Origin: an uncultured Gemmatimonadota bacterium | GTDB taxonomy: Bacteria > 4572-55 | DNA length: 64,000 nucleotides | Assembly (NCBI GenBank): GCA_964404765.1 | Contig: CAYOLL010000005.1 | Coordinates: 6,199-70,198 of the forward strand | Reading direction: 5' to 3' | Position numbers and translations under genes: made by a program | The notes under the pieces: generated by a model | The model's input: only the letters and a program-made list of their open reading frames with translations | Database searches by the model: none | What the model was told of the DNA's origin: nothing | Shown: positions 9,843 through 19,330 of the stretch, one piece after another | How the letters are laid out: each line of letters starts with the position of its first letter | Numbering within the stretch: the stretch's first letter is position 1

Positions 9843-12353
9843 ATGGAAACATCGAATCAAACCCCGTACCTGCAACTGCATTCCGATATTGACTCTGTTC
9901 AGCAAAGCCTGCAAAATATTAGTCAGCAACTTAAAGAGTTTGAGCAAGCTCCGCCCTCATATTCCGCAGACGGTAGCCCATCAGAAAGAGCCCAATCACT
10001 TTCAGAATTTCTGCAAATAACACATCAGTTGAATAGTGATATGGAATTAGACACCTTTTTGAAAAAGGTGATTGATCTTTCGATCAAATTTTTAAACGCT
10101 GACTGCGGATATCTCTTGTTGTATAATGATGAGGGCCGCTTAGAGACAGAAATAGCCCGCCATCGCGAGCTCCGCGATTTGCAACCCAATGAATACGAAC
10201 TATCTCGAACCGCTCTCCGTAAAGTTATCTTAACCGGACTGCCACTTTTTATACCAGACGCCGATTTGTCTGAAACAGATCACCGCCGACAGGACTACAG
10301 CTACTCCATCATGTGCCTGCCGCTTGGCCGCAGACGCGATGATCGTTTTCACGAAAAGCGACTTTATAAAACACCCACAGCCGATCAATTGTTGGGCATT
10401 CTCTACTTGGAGCGAGTCCGGAATGAGCAAGGCTCCTTTCAACCCGCCAATTTCGATCTAATTCAAGGTCTGGCCAACCAAGCCTCGCTGGTTCTTATCA
10501 ATACGCTGCTGTACAAACGGATGCACATTGATGCCCTGACCGGTCTCTATCTCCGCCCGTATTTGAACGATTATTTGGAAAATGAGCTTCGCCTTTGCCA
10601 GCAAATAGACGGCGTGTTAGCCGTATTGATGATGGACATTGATTTTTTTAAAGGCGTCAATGATCGCTTTGGGCATCAAATGGGTGATGTTGTGCTGCAG
10701 GAAACCGCTAAGCTGCTGGCAAAGAAATTGCGATCATCCGATATTTGTGCCCGCTATGGCGGCGAAGAGTTTGCTATTGTTTTACCAAGCACAAACTTGG
10801 CCCAGGCCCAAATCGTGGCCGAAAAACTGCGCGGCGCTATGGAGAGCTTCCCCTTTACCTGCGGCCGAATGACCTTAAGCGTAGGAGTCAGCGCTTACCC
10901 GGATCATGTCGCTCATCTGCCTATGGATGCCCAGGCCGAAAAGCTTTTAAAATTTGCAGATCAAGCCCTTTATCATTCCAAGCAAACCGGTCGTAATCGC
11001 TTTACCGTCTGGAGCGAGGCGACCATGAATCTACGGGAATTTCTCGATCCGGCCACCGGCATTTTATCGGGCGACCCTATTCGGGATCATCGCAATGTTC
11101 AGCTTTTGATTGAAGTGATCGAGGCTACAAGCAAAACATTTGATCTGGAAAAACTCTACATTCATATTGTCGATATGATTCTGCAAATTACCGGGACTGA
11201 GAATGGATTTCTACTGCTTATCAATCCCGCAAATCATGCTTTGGATGTCCATGTTGCCCGGACGAACAAAGGCGAAAATATCCCTTCAAATCATCGGTCC
11301 CTCAACACAAATGTGCTGCATAAAGCTTTGGAAAAGAATAAGCCCGGTTTTTTTAAAAAAACAACCTCGCCGGATGATACGCCCGAACCAACCGCCGGTC
11401 AAACCGCGTCGGTGTTGTGTATCCCTTTACAGATACGTGAACGACAGTTTGGCATTATTTATCTGGAAAGCGCCTTAGGATTACGGCAATTTGTTAAAGC
11501 CGAACTATCGTTTTTTCATGCCCTGAGCCATCAATTAGCAAATGCGATCGAGCATGTGCGGCTGCATGAGGACGCAATCGTCCGGGAAAAGCTGAAGCGA
11601 GATTTGGTCGTCGCCAGTCAAATTCAAATGGGCTTATTGCCGCAGGAAATCCCATTTGTTAAAGGCTTATCCCTAACCGGTCAAATGCGGCCGGCAGCAC
11701 AGGTAGGTGGAGATTATTATGATTTTATTCTATCCGAAGACGGTAAACGTTTTTATTTTGCCATTGGTGACGTAGCTGGAAAAGGCGTAGTAGCCAGTTT
11801 ATTGATGGTTCAGGCACGTTCCATGCTGCACTCGCTACTGCGGCGGGAAAGCTCCACCCTAAATGTTTTGATTCAAATGAACCATCAAATGTACAAAGAC
11901 ATTTTAGCCGGCGGCGAACCGCTTTTCATGAGCTTTTTACTCTTTTGCTGGGATATCGAAATGCGCCAATTAACATATACTTCTGCCGGTCATGAGCATA
12001 TTCTTGTTTTTCAGCATAAAAGTCGGACCTGCCAAAAAATAAAATCAGGCGGGTTAGGACTTGGCATTGTGCCAAATATTGAGCCCTATTTAACCGAAAG
12101 CCTTTTAAAAATAGAACCCAATGATGCTATTTTGCTTTACACAGACGGGATCACAGAACATCGCAGTACAACCGGCGAGATGTTTGGCCTATCCTCGCTG
12201 CAGAATATATTGGTCGAAACAGGTCATCAAGAGCCCCAACAAATTCAAAAAGAAATTTTCCGCCGCTTTGAGCTTCATGGCAATCATGCTGAGCCGGAAG
12301 ACGACATTACTTGCGTTGTGGCCAAACAGGTCGATGACAGAGATCAAATTTAG
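9843..12353 (+). CDS. Multidomain signalling protein: GAF - GGDEF diguanylate cyclase (with I-site) - GAF - PP2C (RsbU/SpoIIE-type) serine phosphatase
   Basis: The GGDEF domain carries the I-site RSSD five residues before the RYGGEEF active site. The PP2C domain has the GGDYYDF and GDVAGKG motifs. GAF-like regions flank the cyclase. Confidence 0.75.
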   Translation: METSNQTPYLQLHSDIDSVQQSLQNISQQLKEFEQAPPSYSADGSPSERAQSLSEFLQITHQLNSDMELDTFLKKVIDLSIKFLNADCGYLLLYNDEGRLETEIARHRELRDLQPNEYELSRTALRKVILTGLPLFIPDADLSETDHRRQDYSYSIMCLPLGRRRDDRFHEKRLYKTPTADQLLGILYLERVRNEQGSFQPANFDLIQGLANQASLVLINTLLYKRMHIDALTGLYLRPYLNDYLENELRLCQQIDGVLAVLMMDIDFFKGVNDRFGHQMGDVVLQETAKLLAKKLRSSDICARYGGEEFAIVLPSTNLAQAQIVAEKLRGAMESFPFTCGRMTLSVGVSAYPDHVAHLPMDAQAEKLLKFADQALYHSKQTGRNRFTVWSEATMNLREFLDPATGILSGDPIRDHRNVQLLIEVIEATSKTFDLEKLYIHIVDMILQITGTENGFLLLINPANHALDVHVARTNKGENIPSNHRSLNTNVLHKALEKNKPGFFKKTTSPDDTPEPTAGQTASVLCIPLQIRERQFGIIYLESALGLRQFVKAELSFFHALSHQLANAIEHVRLHEDAIVREKLKRDLVVASQIQMGLLPQEIPFVKGLSLTGQMRPAAQVGGDYYDFILSEDGKRFYFAIGDVAGKGVVASLLMVQARSMLHSLLRRESSTLNVLIQMNHQMYKDILAGGEPLFMSFLLFCWDIEMRQLTYTSAGHEHILVFQHKSRTCQKIKSGGLGLGIVPNIEPYLTESLLKIEPNDAILLYTDGITEHRSTTGEMFGLSSLQNILVETGHQEPQQIQKEIFRRFELHGNHAEPEDDITCVVAKQVDDRDQI

Positions 12354-12542
12354 GCTTGAAGCTAACTGCAAAAGATATATTTTTATAATGTCGATTTTGT
12401 CGCATTTTCGACGACGCGATTTAGGATTTATTTCGCCCTGCTTTTGTAAGCGATACTGCGCGAATTGTAAAACTCGCGCTACCGGATTGTCAGCACTTTT
12501 GGAGCATTTGCTCTGTTTTAGATCAACTATTTTAAGCATAAT

Positions 12543-13802
12543 TTGAGTATGGAATCTCCAGAGTACAATCTCTTAAAAAAAATTTACTTCTTTGAACGCT
12601 TTAGTGATGACGAACTGCACTATTTTCTAAAAACAGTTTCAATACGGGATTGTACAGAAGGTCAGATCGTAGTAGAAGAGGGTGATCCCGGCGACGACAT
12701 CTTCATTATTCTTTCCGGACAACTGAGCGTGACAAAAAGAGTACGCAGAAGTTCGGGTGAAGAAGTTCCGCAGCTTTTTGGCGTGCGCCACCCTGGCGAG
12801 ATGGTTGGAGAAATGGCATTAATGGATGAACGTCCGCGTTCGGCGCGCCTGACGGCTATACAACCTACCCGATTGCTTGTTTTTGATCGTCAGCATTTTG
12901 AAGAAACCCTGGAGCAGCATCCGCGTATCTTCTTCGATATCATAAAAGCATTAAGCCGACGATTGCGCGAGTCAAATGAGTACACCATTCAACAGCTTGA
13001 GCAAAAAAATAAAGAGCTGGAGCAGTGGAATGTCATGTTGGAGCAAAAAGTTCAAGAGCGAACGATACAGCTTCATCAGCGCAATTACGAATTAGAAGAG
13101 TTGAATAGAAAAAAGAATGACATTTTGGGTATTTGCGCCCATGACTTACGTAACCCTATAACAATTATTCAAGGTTATACCGAACTGATTATGGAAGCGC
13201 CACTTTCGGAGCAACGTCGGCACGAAATTGGCGGCGAAACCGTTCAACATTGTCATAATATGATTTCCATTATCAATAAGCTGTTGAATATTTCTGCGAT
13301 CCAAAACGGGCGGATTTACTTGGACTTTGGCGAAGAAAACCTGGATTTACTTATTTATACCACAGTTTCCAGTTTTGAGCACCTTGCCGCCAAAAAATCA
13401 ATTACCTTGGCAACTTCCGTAGCCGAAAATTTGCCCGCAGTCGTTATAGACTCCGTAAAAATAAAGGAAGTCCTGGATAACTTGATCAGCAATGCACTCA
13501 AGTACAGCCATCCACACACCACTATCGAAATAAGCCTAAAACGAACAGAGACCCACTTAATTGTCAGTGTAAAAGATCAAGGGCAGGGATTATCACAAGC
13601 AGATATTGAACTGGCCTTTAATGAGTTTCAAAAACTATCGGCGCGCCCGACAAATAATGAGCCCAGCACCGGCCTGGGATTGGCGATTGCTAAGCGTCTG
13701 ATTCAACTGCATCAAGGCGATGTTTGGATAGAAAGCGAAGGAATCGGCAAAGGGGCCACGTTTTCATTCTCGCTGCCATTGCCGTCAAATGAAGTCGCAT
13801 AA
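12543..13802 (+). CDS. Cyclic-nucleotide-binding sensor histidine kinase
   Basis: An N-terminal cNMP-binding domain (GEMALMDERPRSARLTA) is followed by a coiled coil, a HisKA domain (ICAHDLRNPITIIQGY) and HATPase_c (GLGLAIAKRL). Confidence 0.75.
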   Translation: MSMESPEYNLLKKIYFFERFSDDELHYFLKTVSIRDCTEGQIVVEEGDPGDDIFIILSGQLSVTKRVRRSSGEEVPQLFGVRHPGEMVGEMALMDERPRSARLTAIQPTRLLVFDRQHFEETLEQHPRIFFDIIKALSRRLRESNEYTIQQLEQKNKELEQWNVMLEQKVQERTIQLHQRNYELEELNRKKNDILGICAHDLRNPITIIQGYTELIMEAPLSEQRRHEIGGETVQHCHNMISIINKLLNISAIQNGRIYLDFGEENLDLLIYTTVSSFEHLAAKKSITLATSVAENLPAVVIDSVKIKEVLDNLISNALKYSHPHTTIEISLKRTETHLIVSVKDQGQGLSQADIELAFNEFQKLSARPTNNEPSTGLGLAIAKRLIQLHQGDVWIESEGIGKGATFSFSLPLPSNEVA

Positions 13803-13870
13803 TTTGCGACCCATGAATAATTCCGACTAACAAGATTAGGCAAGAATTTGTTGTGCTTTGGGGAGGTTAG

Positions 13871-14857
13871 ATGAGAGCAGTTTTAGTTCAAAATCCGGGT
13901 AATGCTGACCAGCTTAAGCTTGGCGAACATGCCACCCCTCGTTCAGATCCGGACGAATTGCTGATAAAAGTCGCCGCTGCCGGGATTAACCGGGCAGACA
14001 TTTTTCAGCGTCAGGGCAATTACCCGCCACCGCCGGGCGCCAGTTCAATTTTAGGTCTGGAAGTTGCCGGAGTTGTTGAAGCTGTTGGAAGTGAGGTCAA
14101 AGATTGGAAACCGGGTGACCGCATTTGTGCCCTGCTATCCGGCGGCGGCTATGCCGAATACGCCGTTGTGCCGCAGGAGCTGGCGATGCGGATTCCCAAT
14201 AATTTAACCATGACCGAAGCTGCGGCAATCCCCGAAGCCTTTTTAACAGCGTTTCAAGCGCTGCATTGGTTGGGGGGAATGCAGGAAGGCTATCATGTTT
14301 TGATTCATGCGGGCGCAAGCGGTGTCGGCACAGCAGCAATTCAATTAGTTCGACATGCGCGTGCATCAGCCCACGTAACCGCAGGCAGTCCGGAAAAACT
14401 TAAGTTTTGCCTGGCGCTTGGCGCTAAAACCGCCATAAATTATAAAAATGATCGTTTTGCCGACAAAGTTTATCAAACTACGGGTGGATTTGGCGCAAAT
14501 ATTGTTATCGACGTCGTCGGTGCGCCATATTGGTCACAAAACGTAAAAGCATTAGCAGTTGACGGTCGAATTATTTGCCTGTCATTAATGGGTGGGAAAT
14601 TGGTTAGCCACTTTGATTTCAGCAAATTGTTCCGCAAACGCGGACAGCTTATAACTTCTACCCTGCGATCTCGCGGGCCGGAGTACAAGGCCCAACTTAT
14701 CGAGCACTTTGCAAAATATGCCTTGCCCTTGTTTGAAAAGGGCGAACTAAAACCAATTGTCGACCGAATTTTTGATTGGAGCGAGGTCGCCCAGGCGCAT
14801 GAATATATGGAAGCCAACCGAAATATCGGCAAACTTATTTTGCGTGTGTCCGACTAA
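13871..14857 (+). CDS. qor: NADPH:quinone oxidoreductase (zinc-type medium-chain dehydrogenase family)
   Basis: It begins AVLVQNPGNADQLKL and carries the GINRADIFQRQGNYPPPPGAS and GASGVG motifs. Confidence 0.75.
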   Translation: MRAVLVQNPGNADQLKLGEHATPRSDPDELLIKVAAAGINRADIFQRQGNYPPPPGASSILGLEVAGVVEAVGSEVKDWKPGDRICALLSGGGYAEYAVVPQELAMRIPNNLTMTEAAAIPEAFLTAFQALHWLGGMQEGYHVLIHAGASGVGTAAIQLVRHARASAHVTAGSPEKLKFCLALGAKTAINYKNDRFADKVYQTTGGFGANIVIDVVGAPYWSQNVKALAVDGRIICLSLMGGKLVSHFDFSKLFRKRGQLITSTLRSRGPEYKAQLIEHFAKYALPLFEKGELKPIVDRIFDWSEVAQAHEYMEANRNIGKLILRVSD

Positions 14858-14863
14858 AAAACG

Positions 14864-15193
14864 TCAAGCGTAGTGAATTGCCAGCCAAATTGTTTTTTCA
14901 ACCGGGTCTGTCCATTCCACGCGATGTTTTTTATGGCTGGGAATATGGGTATAGTCGCCCGGATTCAGTTGGATAATATTACTGTCGCCATAAAAAAGAA
15001 GCCCGGCGGTACCTTTAAGTAAGATAACCCATTCATTCATGGGTTGATCATACCACTCACCGGTTGGCGTCGCCTGCCCATCCGAGATAATTCGTTCAAT
15101 TTTTAACGTGGACGTGTTTAAGAGGCTTTCAATAAACTCTTGCGGCAGCTTTTCAGGAATTTCATCAAAAAAATTCTTTAACTCCATTTCCAT
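14864..15193 (-). CDS. Cupin domain protein
   Basis: It is 109 aa with a conserved cupin barrel core. Confidence 0.5.
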   Translation of the reverse strand: MEMELKNFFDEIPEKLPQEFIESLLNTSTLKIERIISDGQATPTGEWYDQPMNEWVILLKGTAGLLFYGDSNIIQLNPGDYTHIPSHKKHRVEWTDPVEKTIWLAIHYA

Positions 15194-15364
15194 CCCCCGA
15201 AATTGGATTTCAAATGTAACAAATACAAATAAAGCGGCAGGTCAAAAATAAAAAAAGCTGACTTTTAAAGCCAGCAAAAAATTGACGACCCAGTGGACTG
15301 TAACTCGTTACATCGTGGTTAAATGGCTTTCTAAATCAAACTCAATATTCTTAAGTCAGGCGCC

Positions 15365-16150
15365 TTACATATAAGTCATTTTTCGCGTCATACCGCCATC
15401 TACAATAAAGTTAGCGCCGGTTATAAACTCGGCTTGAGGCGAGGCCAGATATGTCACTAATGCGGCGATATCATCCGGTTTTCCTACCCGCCCGACCGGA
15501 TGCTGATGATTATCGACAGGTGTATGAAGTGGTCGCTGGCGCTGAGAGCTTTTTTGCCAATCGCGCACTTCAATCCAACCCGGCGAAATAGCATTAACCC
15601 GAACATCCGGTCCCAGCGACAGCGCTAAAGCGTGGGTCAACGCGAGCAAACCACCTTTAGAAGCAGAATACGCTTCTGTGTCAGGCTCAGACATCAAAGC
15701 GCGTGTTGAGACGATATTAATAATTGTGCCCCGGCTCTCTTTTAGATAAGGCGCAGCGTACTTGGCGCAAAGAAAAGGACCGGTTAAATTGATATCGAGA
15801 ACGCGCTGCCACTCGACTAAAGGCATATCGTTAAGCGGCAAACTGTGCGATATGCCGGCATTATTCACTAACACATCAAGCCGACTGAATTGATTCAGAG
15901 CCGTCTGAATCATAAACTTAACGGAATCCGCTTCAGACACATCGGTTTCCACAAAAATAAGCTGACCCAATGAGCGATATTCGGCTATAATTTCTTCCCC
16001 GGCTTCAGGATCAATATCCGCAATTAGGACGGCAGTCTGTTGCATTAAAAATTTGCGCACAATGGCTTTACCGATTCCCTGCGCCCCGCCGGTTACAATT
16101 GCAACGTGTTTTTGTAAATTCATATTTATCTCCAAAAACTCAAACTGCAA
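15365..16150 (-). CDS. SDR family NAD(P)-dependent oxidoreductase
   Basis: The VAIVTGGAQGIGKAI Rossmann motif and a YxxxK catalytic region are present. Confidence 0.8.
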   Translation of the reverse strand: MQFEFLEINMNLQKHVAIVTGGAQGIGKAIVRKFLMQQTAVLIADIDPEAGEEIIAEYRSLGQLIFVETDVSEADSVKFMIQTALNQFSRLDVLVNNAGISHSLPLNDMPLVEWQRVLDINLTGPFLCAKYAAPYLKESRGTIINIVSTRALMSEPDTEAYSASKGGLLALTHALALSLGPDVRVNAISPGWIEVRDWQKSSQRQRPLHTPVDNHQHPVGRVGKPDDIAALVTYLASPQAEFITGANFIVDGGMTRKMTYM

Positions 16151-16420
16151 AGAATTAAATTATTATGGGTAGCTACCGCTACCGCCTCATATTATAGTTA
16201 AAATACAGACTTTAGTTCATATTATTTTATTTGCAATCATTGTCGGTTTTATATAGATTGTTTCATAACAATTATCGGGGGATAATTGGCAGTACACCGC
16301 TTCATGCGGCAAATTTGGCGCATAAAGTTTTTTCTTGCCTTTATTAGTGAGCTACTTTAAAATATAGCACTGAAATCTCGCAATTTTCCATGCCAAAACT
16401 GAAAATGATTTGCTCATAAT

Positions 16421-16486
16421 CCTAAGGGTCCTGATTAGCGCATCTCACTATCAAGTAAGCTGTTGCAGGCCCCTTAGGCTTTTTTG
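16421..16486 (+). terminator. Strong intrinsic terminator hairpin inside a 788-bp AT-rich intergenic region (possible 3' end of a small RNA)
   Basis: CCTAAGGGTCCTG ... CAGGCCCCTTAGG is followed by CTTTTTTG. There is no plus-strand protein gene upstream of it. Confidence 0.4.
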
Positions 16487-16938
16487 CCGAGTCCAATACT
16501 TTTTTTGGTAATGGTAATATGCCGACTTGCAATCAAAATGAGTATTGTTCTCTCAATGTCATTAAGTTAAGAAAAGCCGACCCGATTGTCATTCTGAAAG
16601 AATCCTTTTCGAATCAAGCACTATACTATGATTTTGAAAAAAGATGCTTTCAGCATGACAGTCATGCCTTGTGCTTAACTAAATGATATTGATTGTTATC
16701 TAACAAACAACGCGAAAAACGTCTCGACTTCGATTGCAAAAGGGCATTAGCAACTGATAACAGTAAGAAATGAAAAGATATACATCTCCTTTCTACGATT
16801 GTGCTTTTCGTCAAATCCAGCAGACTTGTAATAAATATAGAACGCGCTAAATCTTTTGCGGGCACTGAACATTTGTGGGACTTTACTCATCATTTATAGG
16901 CATACAATAAGCTTTCAGCCTGGCATAATTAGGAAAGG

Positions 16939-19158
16939 GTGATCATGTATCAAGCCGTAATTGAGCTAATGCGCGGTGGGTATGTTGTAAAGACTTCAGC
17001 AGGACCTATTCAGCTTGGTGTGCCGCCGGAAACTATTAAAGATACCATGGCCACTGACGTTGGTGTGCCACAAACGTACATTTTGCCACAGCAGCTTTTT
17101 TCTGTCGAGCGGGCGATCAGTTTAGCGGATCTTGAATTTCCGATATATTACAATTTTTTTATTAAACAACAGCGTATAGTGGTTATCTGTGAAGAAGACC
17201 AGAAAGAGCGGATGCGCAATGTCCTTAAGCAGACGCTTTTTTCCCCAATTACCCGCGAAAAAGTTATTGACGAATTTGCTTTGCGCGAGAATGATCCATC
17301 CATTCCGGACTTTGGCAAAGAGCTTTCATTTTTTATGTGGTCTGCACATTTGGGTCGGCACTACAAGTGGGAAGATCTGGTTCAGTTCCGGATCATTCGC
17401 GCCAATCGGCCTTTGCGAGTCGGTGAAGTCACAATCACCTTGCACAAAAAACTCAAACATTTTGTTGTCACAGATAAAGGCAACGAAGTTGCAACGCTGC
17501 CATGGGCATTGCCCGTAACGGTTCCGAAAATTGAAAAAGCCGATAATGACAAACTCTTTATTCCGCCGCTTTTTGGTGTTTCTGTCTTGGGCCGCAGCCA
17601 TGGTTTTGATCCAACAGCGCCGACCAGCGGTTTTATCTTTTGGATTGACGGACGCGGCGTCATGGTGGACCCACCCGTTGATTCTAATTTAAAGCTCAGA
17701 AGCCGGAACGTCAGCCCAAAGTTAGTAAATGACGTTATTCTTACACACGTTCATTCAGATCACGATGCCGGGTTGCTGCAAAAAATCTTTGAAGAAGGCA
17801 AAGTCAATTTATACACGACGCAAAACATCTTCGAATCTTTTTTATGCAAAGCGCAGCATCTCACAAACTACTCAAAAGATGACCTTAAGAATCTCATTAC
17901 CTTTCGCCCGATTCGCATCGGCATTCCGGTCAACATATTAGGCGCAAACTTTACCTTTGCCTATGGCTTGCATTCGGTGCCGACGATCCAAATGGCTATT
18001 TATTTCCAAGGCAAAAGTATTTTTTACACTGCCGACCATGTCTACGATACGGATGTCTGGGAAAAGCTTCGCAAAGACGGAATTTTAACGCCGGGACGTT
18101 ATGAAGCCCTAAAGCGCGCGTCATGGGATCACACCATGATTCTGCACGAAGCCGGCTTTCCGCCAACCCATACACCCATTAAAAATTTGCTGGCTTTAGA
18201 CAAAGAAATCAAAGACCGGTTATATCTGGTGCATGTCGGAGACAGCAATTTGCCACCGAGCTGTGATATTCGTTTAGCGCCATCATCCATCGAAAATTTT
18301 CTTTCCATTTCGGTTGAGACACATGAGTATCATCTAAGCTCCAAAATTCTGCGAATCCTTTCAAATCTTGATTTCATGTCAGATTTTCCGATCGCTAAAC
18401 TGGTAAACATCATGCCTCATGTGGCGACCCGCTATTACAAAGCGAATTCTATAATCATGAGGCAGGGCGAAATTGGAGATGAATTTCACATCGTCATTCA
18501 CGGCAATATTGGTATCCGCCGTGATGGCTCAGAGTTAATGGTTTATGGACCCAATGACTATTATGGCGAAATGGCGGTAATTTCCGGTAAACCGCGTTCG
18601 GCGGACGTTATTGCTAAAACTGATGTCGAAATTATTGTCATCAAGGCCAAAGACTTTTTGGCTTTTGGTGAAGGCACATCCGTCATACCCTATCTTGATC
18701 AGCTTGAGAAAACGCGGCGCTATGACTCATGCCCGCTGTTAGAAGGAAGCCCGGTTTTCAGCTTTTTGACGCCGACCCAGATTACGCAGATGCAGGCCAT
18801 TATGCGCCACGCCACATTCCCGAAAGATCATGTTTTAATCAAAGAGGGACAAGGCTTTACCAATGGTTTTATTATCTCGGAAGGAAGCATCTTGATTTTT
18901 CGGGAAAACAATCTTCTTTGCCGACTGGGACGGGGAAGTTTCATAGGCGAGTTAAGCCTTTTGCTGCAAAACAAAAAGCAGCACCAATGTAAAGCTGTAG
19001 CTGAAACCGACGTCCATCTTTATAAAATTGAACGTCAGCCGCTCAAACGATTTATCATGAATCATCCTGGCGTTCAAGTTCGGCTGCTTCATTACTCAAA
19101 ATACACTGCGCAATCTTTTCACTTTCAGTTAGAGAACAAAAAACTGCTCCAAGCGTAG
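16939..19158 (+). CDS. MBL-fold metallo-hydrolase (class II phosphodiesterase-like HxHxDH) fused to two C-terminal cyclic-nucleotide-binding domains; N-terminal ~190 aa unassigned
   Basis: It carries the LTHVHSDHDAG metal-binding motif. Two cNMP-binding domains (GEMAVISGKPRSADVIA and GELSLLLQNKKQHQCKAVA) follow. Confidence 0.7.
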   Translation: MIMYQAVIELMRGGYVVKTSAGPIQLGVPPETIKDTMATDVGVPQTYILPQQLFSVERAISLADLEFPIYYNFFIKQQRIVVICEEDQKERMRNVLKQTLFSPITREKVIDEFALRENDPSIPDFGKELSFFMWSAHLGRHYKWEDLVQFRIIRANRPLRVGEVTITLHKKLKHFVVTDKGNEVATLPWALPVTVPKIEKADNDKLFIPPLFGVSVLGRSHGFDPTAPTSGFIFWIDGRGVMVDPPVDSNLKLRSRNVSPKLVNDVILTHVHSDHDAGLLQKIFEEGKVNLYTTQNIFESFLCKAQHLTNYSKDDLKNLITFRPIRIGIPVNILGANFTFAYGLHSVPTIQMAIYFQGKSIFYTADHVYDTDVWEKLRKDGILTPGRYEALKRASWDHTMILHEAGFPPTHTPIKNLLALDKEIKDRLYLVHVGDSNLPPSCDIRLAPSSIENFLSISVETHEYHLSSKILRILSNLDFMSDFPIAKLVNIMPHVATRYYKANSIIMRQGEIGDEFHIVIHGNIGIRRDGSELMVYGPNDYYGEMAVISGKPRSADVIAKTDVEIIVIKAKDFLAFGEGTSVIPYLDQLEKTRRYDSCPLLEGSPVFSFLTPTQITQMQAIMRHATFPKDHVLIKEGQGFTNGFIISEGSILIFRENNLLCRLGRGSFIGELSLLLQNKKQHQCKAVAETDVHLYKIERQPLKRFIMNHPGVQVRLLHYSKYTAQSFHFQLENKKLLQA

Positions 19159-19168
19159 TATAAACCTT

Positions 19169-19201
19169 GGAAGTAGTTTTCCACAAACACTTCCTGTTTT
19201 T
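19169..19201 (+). terminator. Rho-independent terminator
   Basis: GGAAGT...ACTTCC is followed by TGTTTTT, immediately after the stop codon at 19158. Confidence 0.45.
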
Positions 19202-19330
19202 AAATTTGCAATTAATCCACTTAATTTTGCTTGACATTATGACCAAAAGGCCATAGCTTTTCTTAGAAAATTAATCTGCCTGAACTTTTCTGTACCATCT
19301 GCTTTTTTTATAATCTTTAAGGAGGATGTC

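Noticed and set aside
12121-12546. ORFs 12121..12546 (+) and 12189..12539 (-) spanning the gap between the PP2C fusion gene and the kinase gene
   Set aside because: They overlap the 3' end of the 9843..12353 gene and an AT-rich intergenic region, have no RBS or domain, and are likely spurious.
12543-13802. Interpreting the histidine kinase as the RsbW-type anti-sigma kinase of the partner-switching module
   Set aside because: It has a canonical HisKA phosphoacceptor helix (HDLRNP) and a sensor cNMP domain. RsbW-type kinases lack HisKA, and no sigma factor is adjacent.
16662-16865. Small ORF (67 aa) in the AT-rich region upstream of the MBL-CNB gene
   Set aside because: It has low-complexity AT-rich composition and lies on the opposite strand to the likely leader. 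Such ORFs arise by chance in AT-rich DNA.
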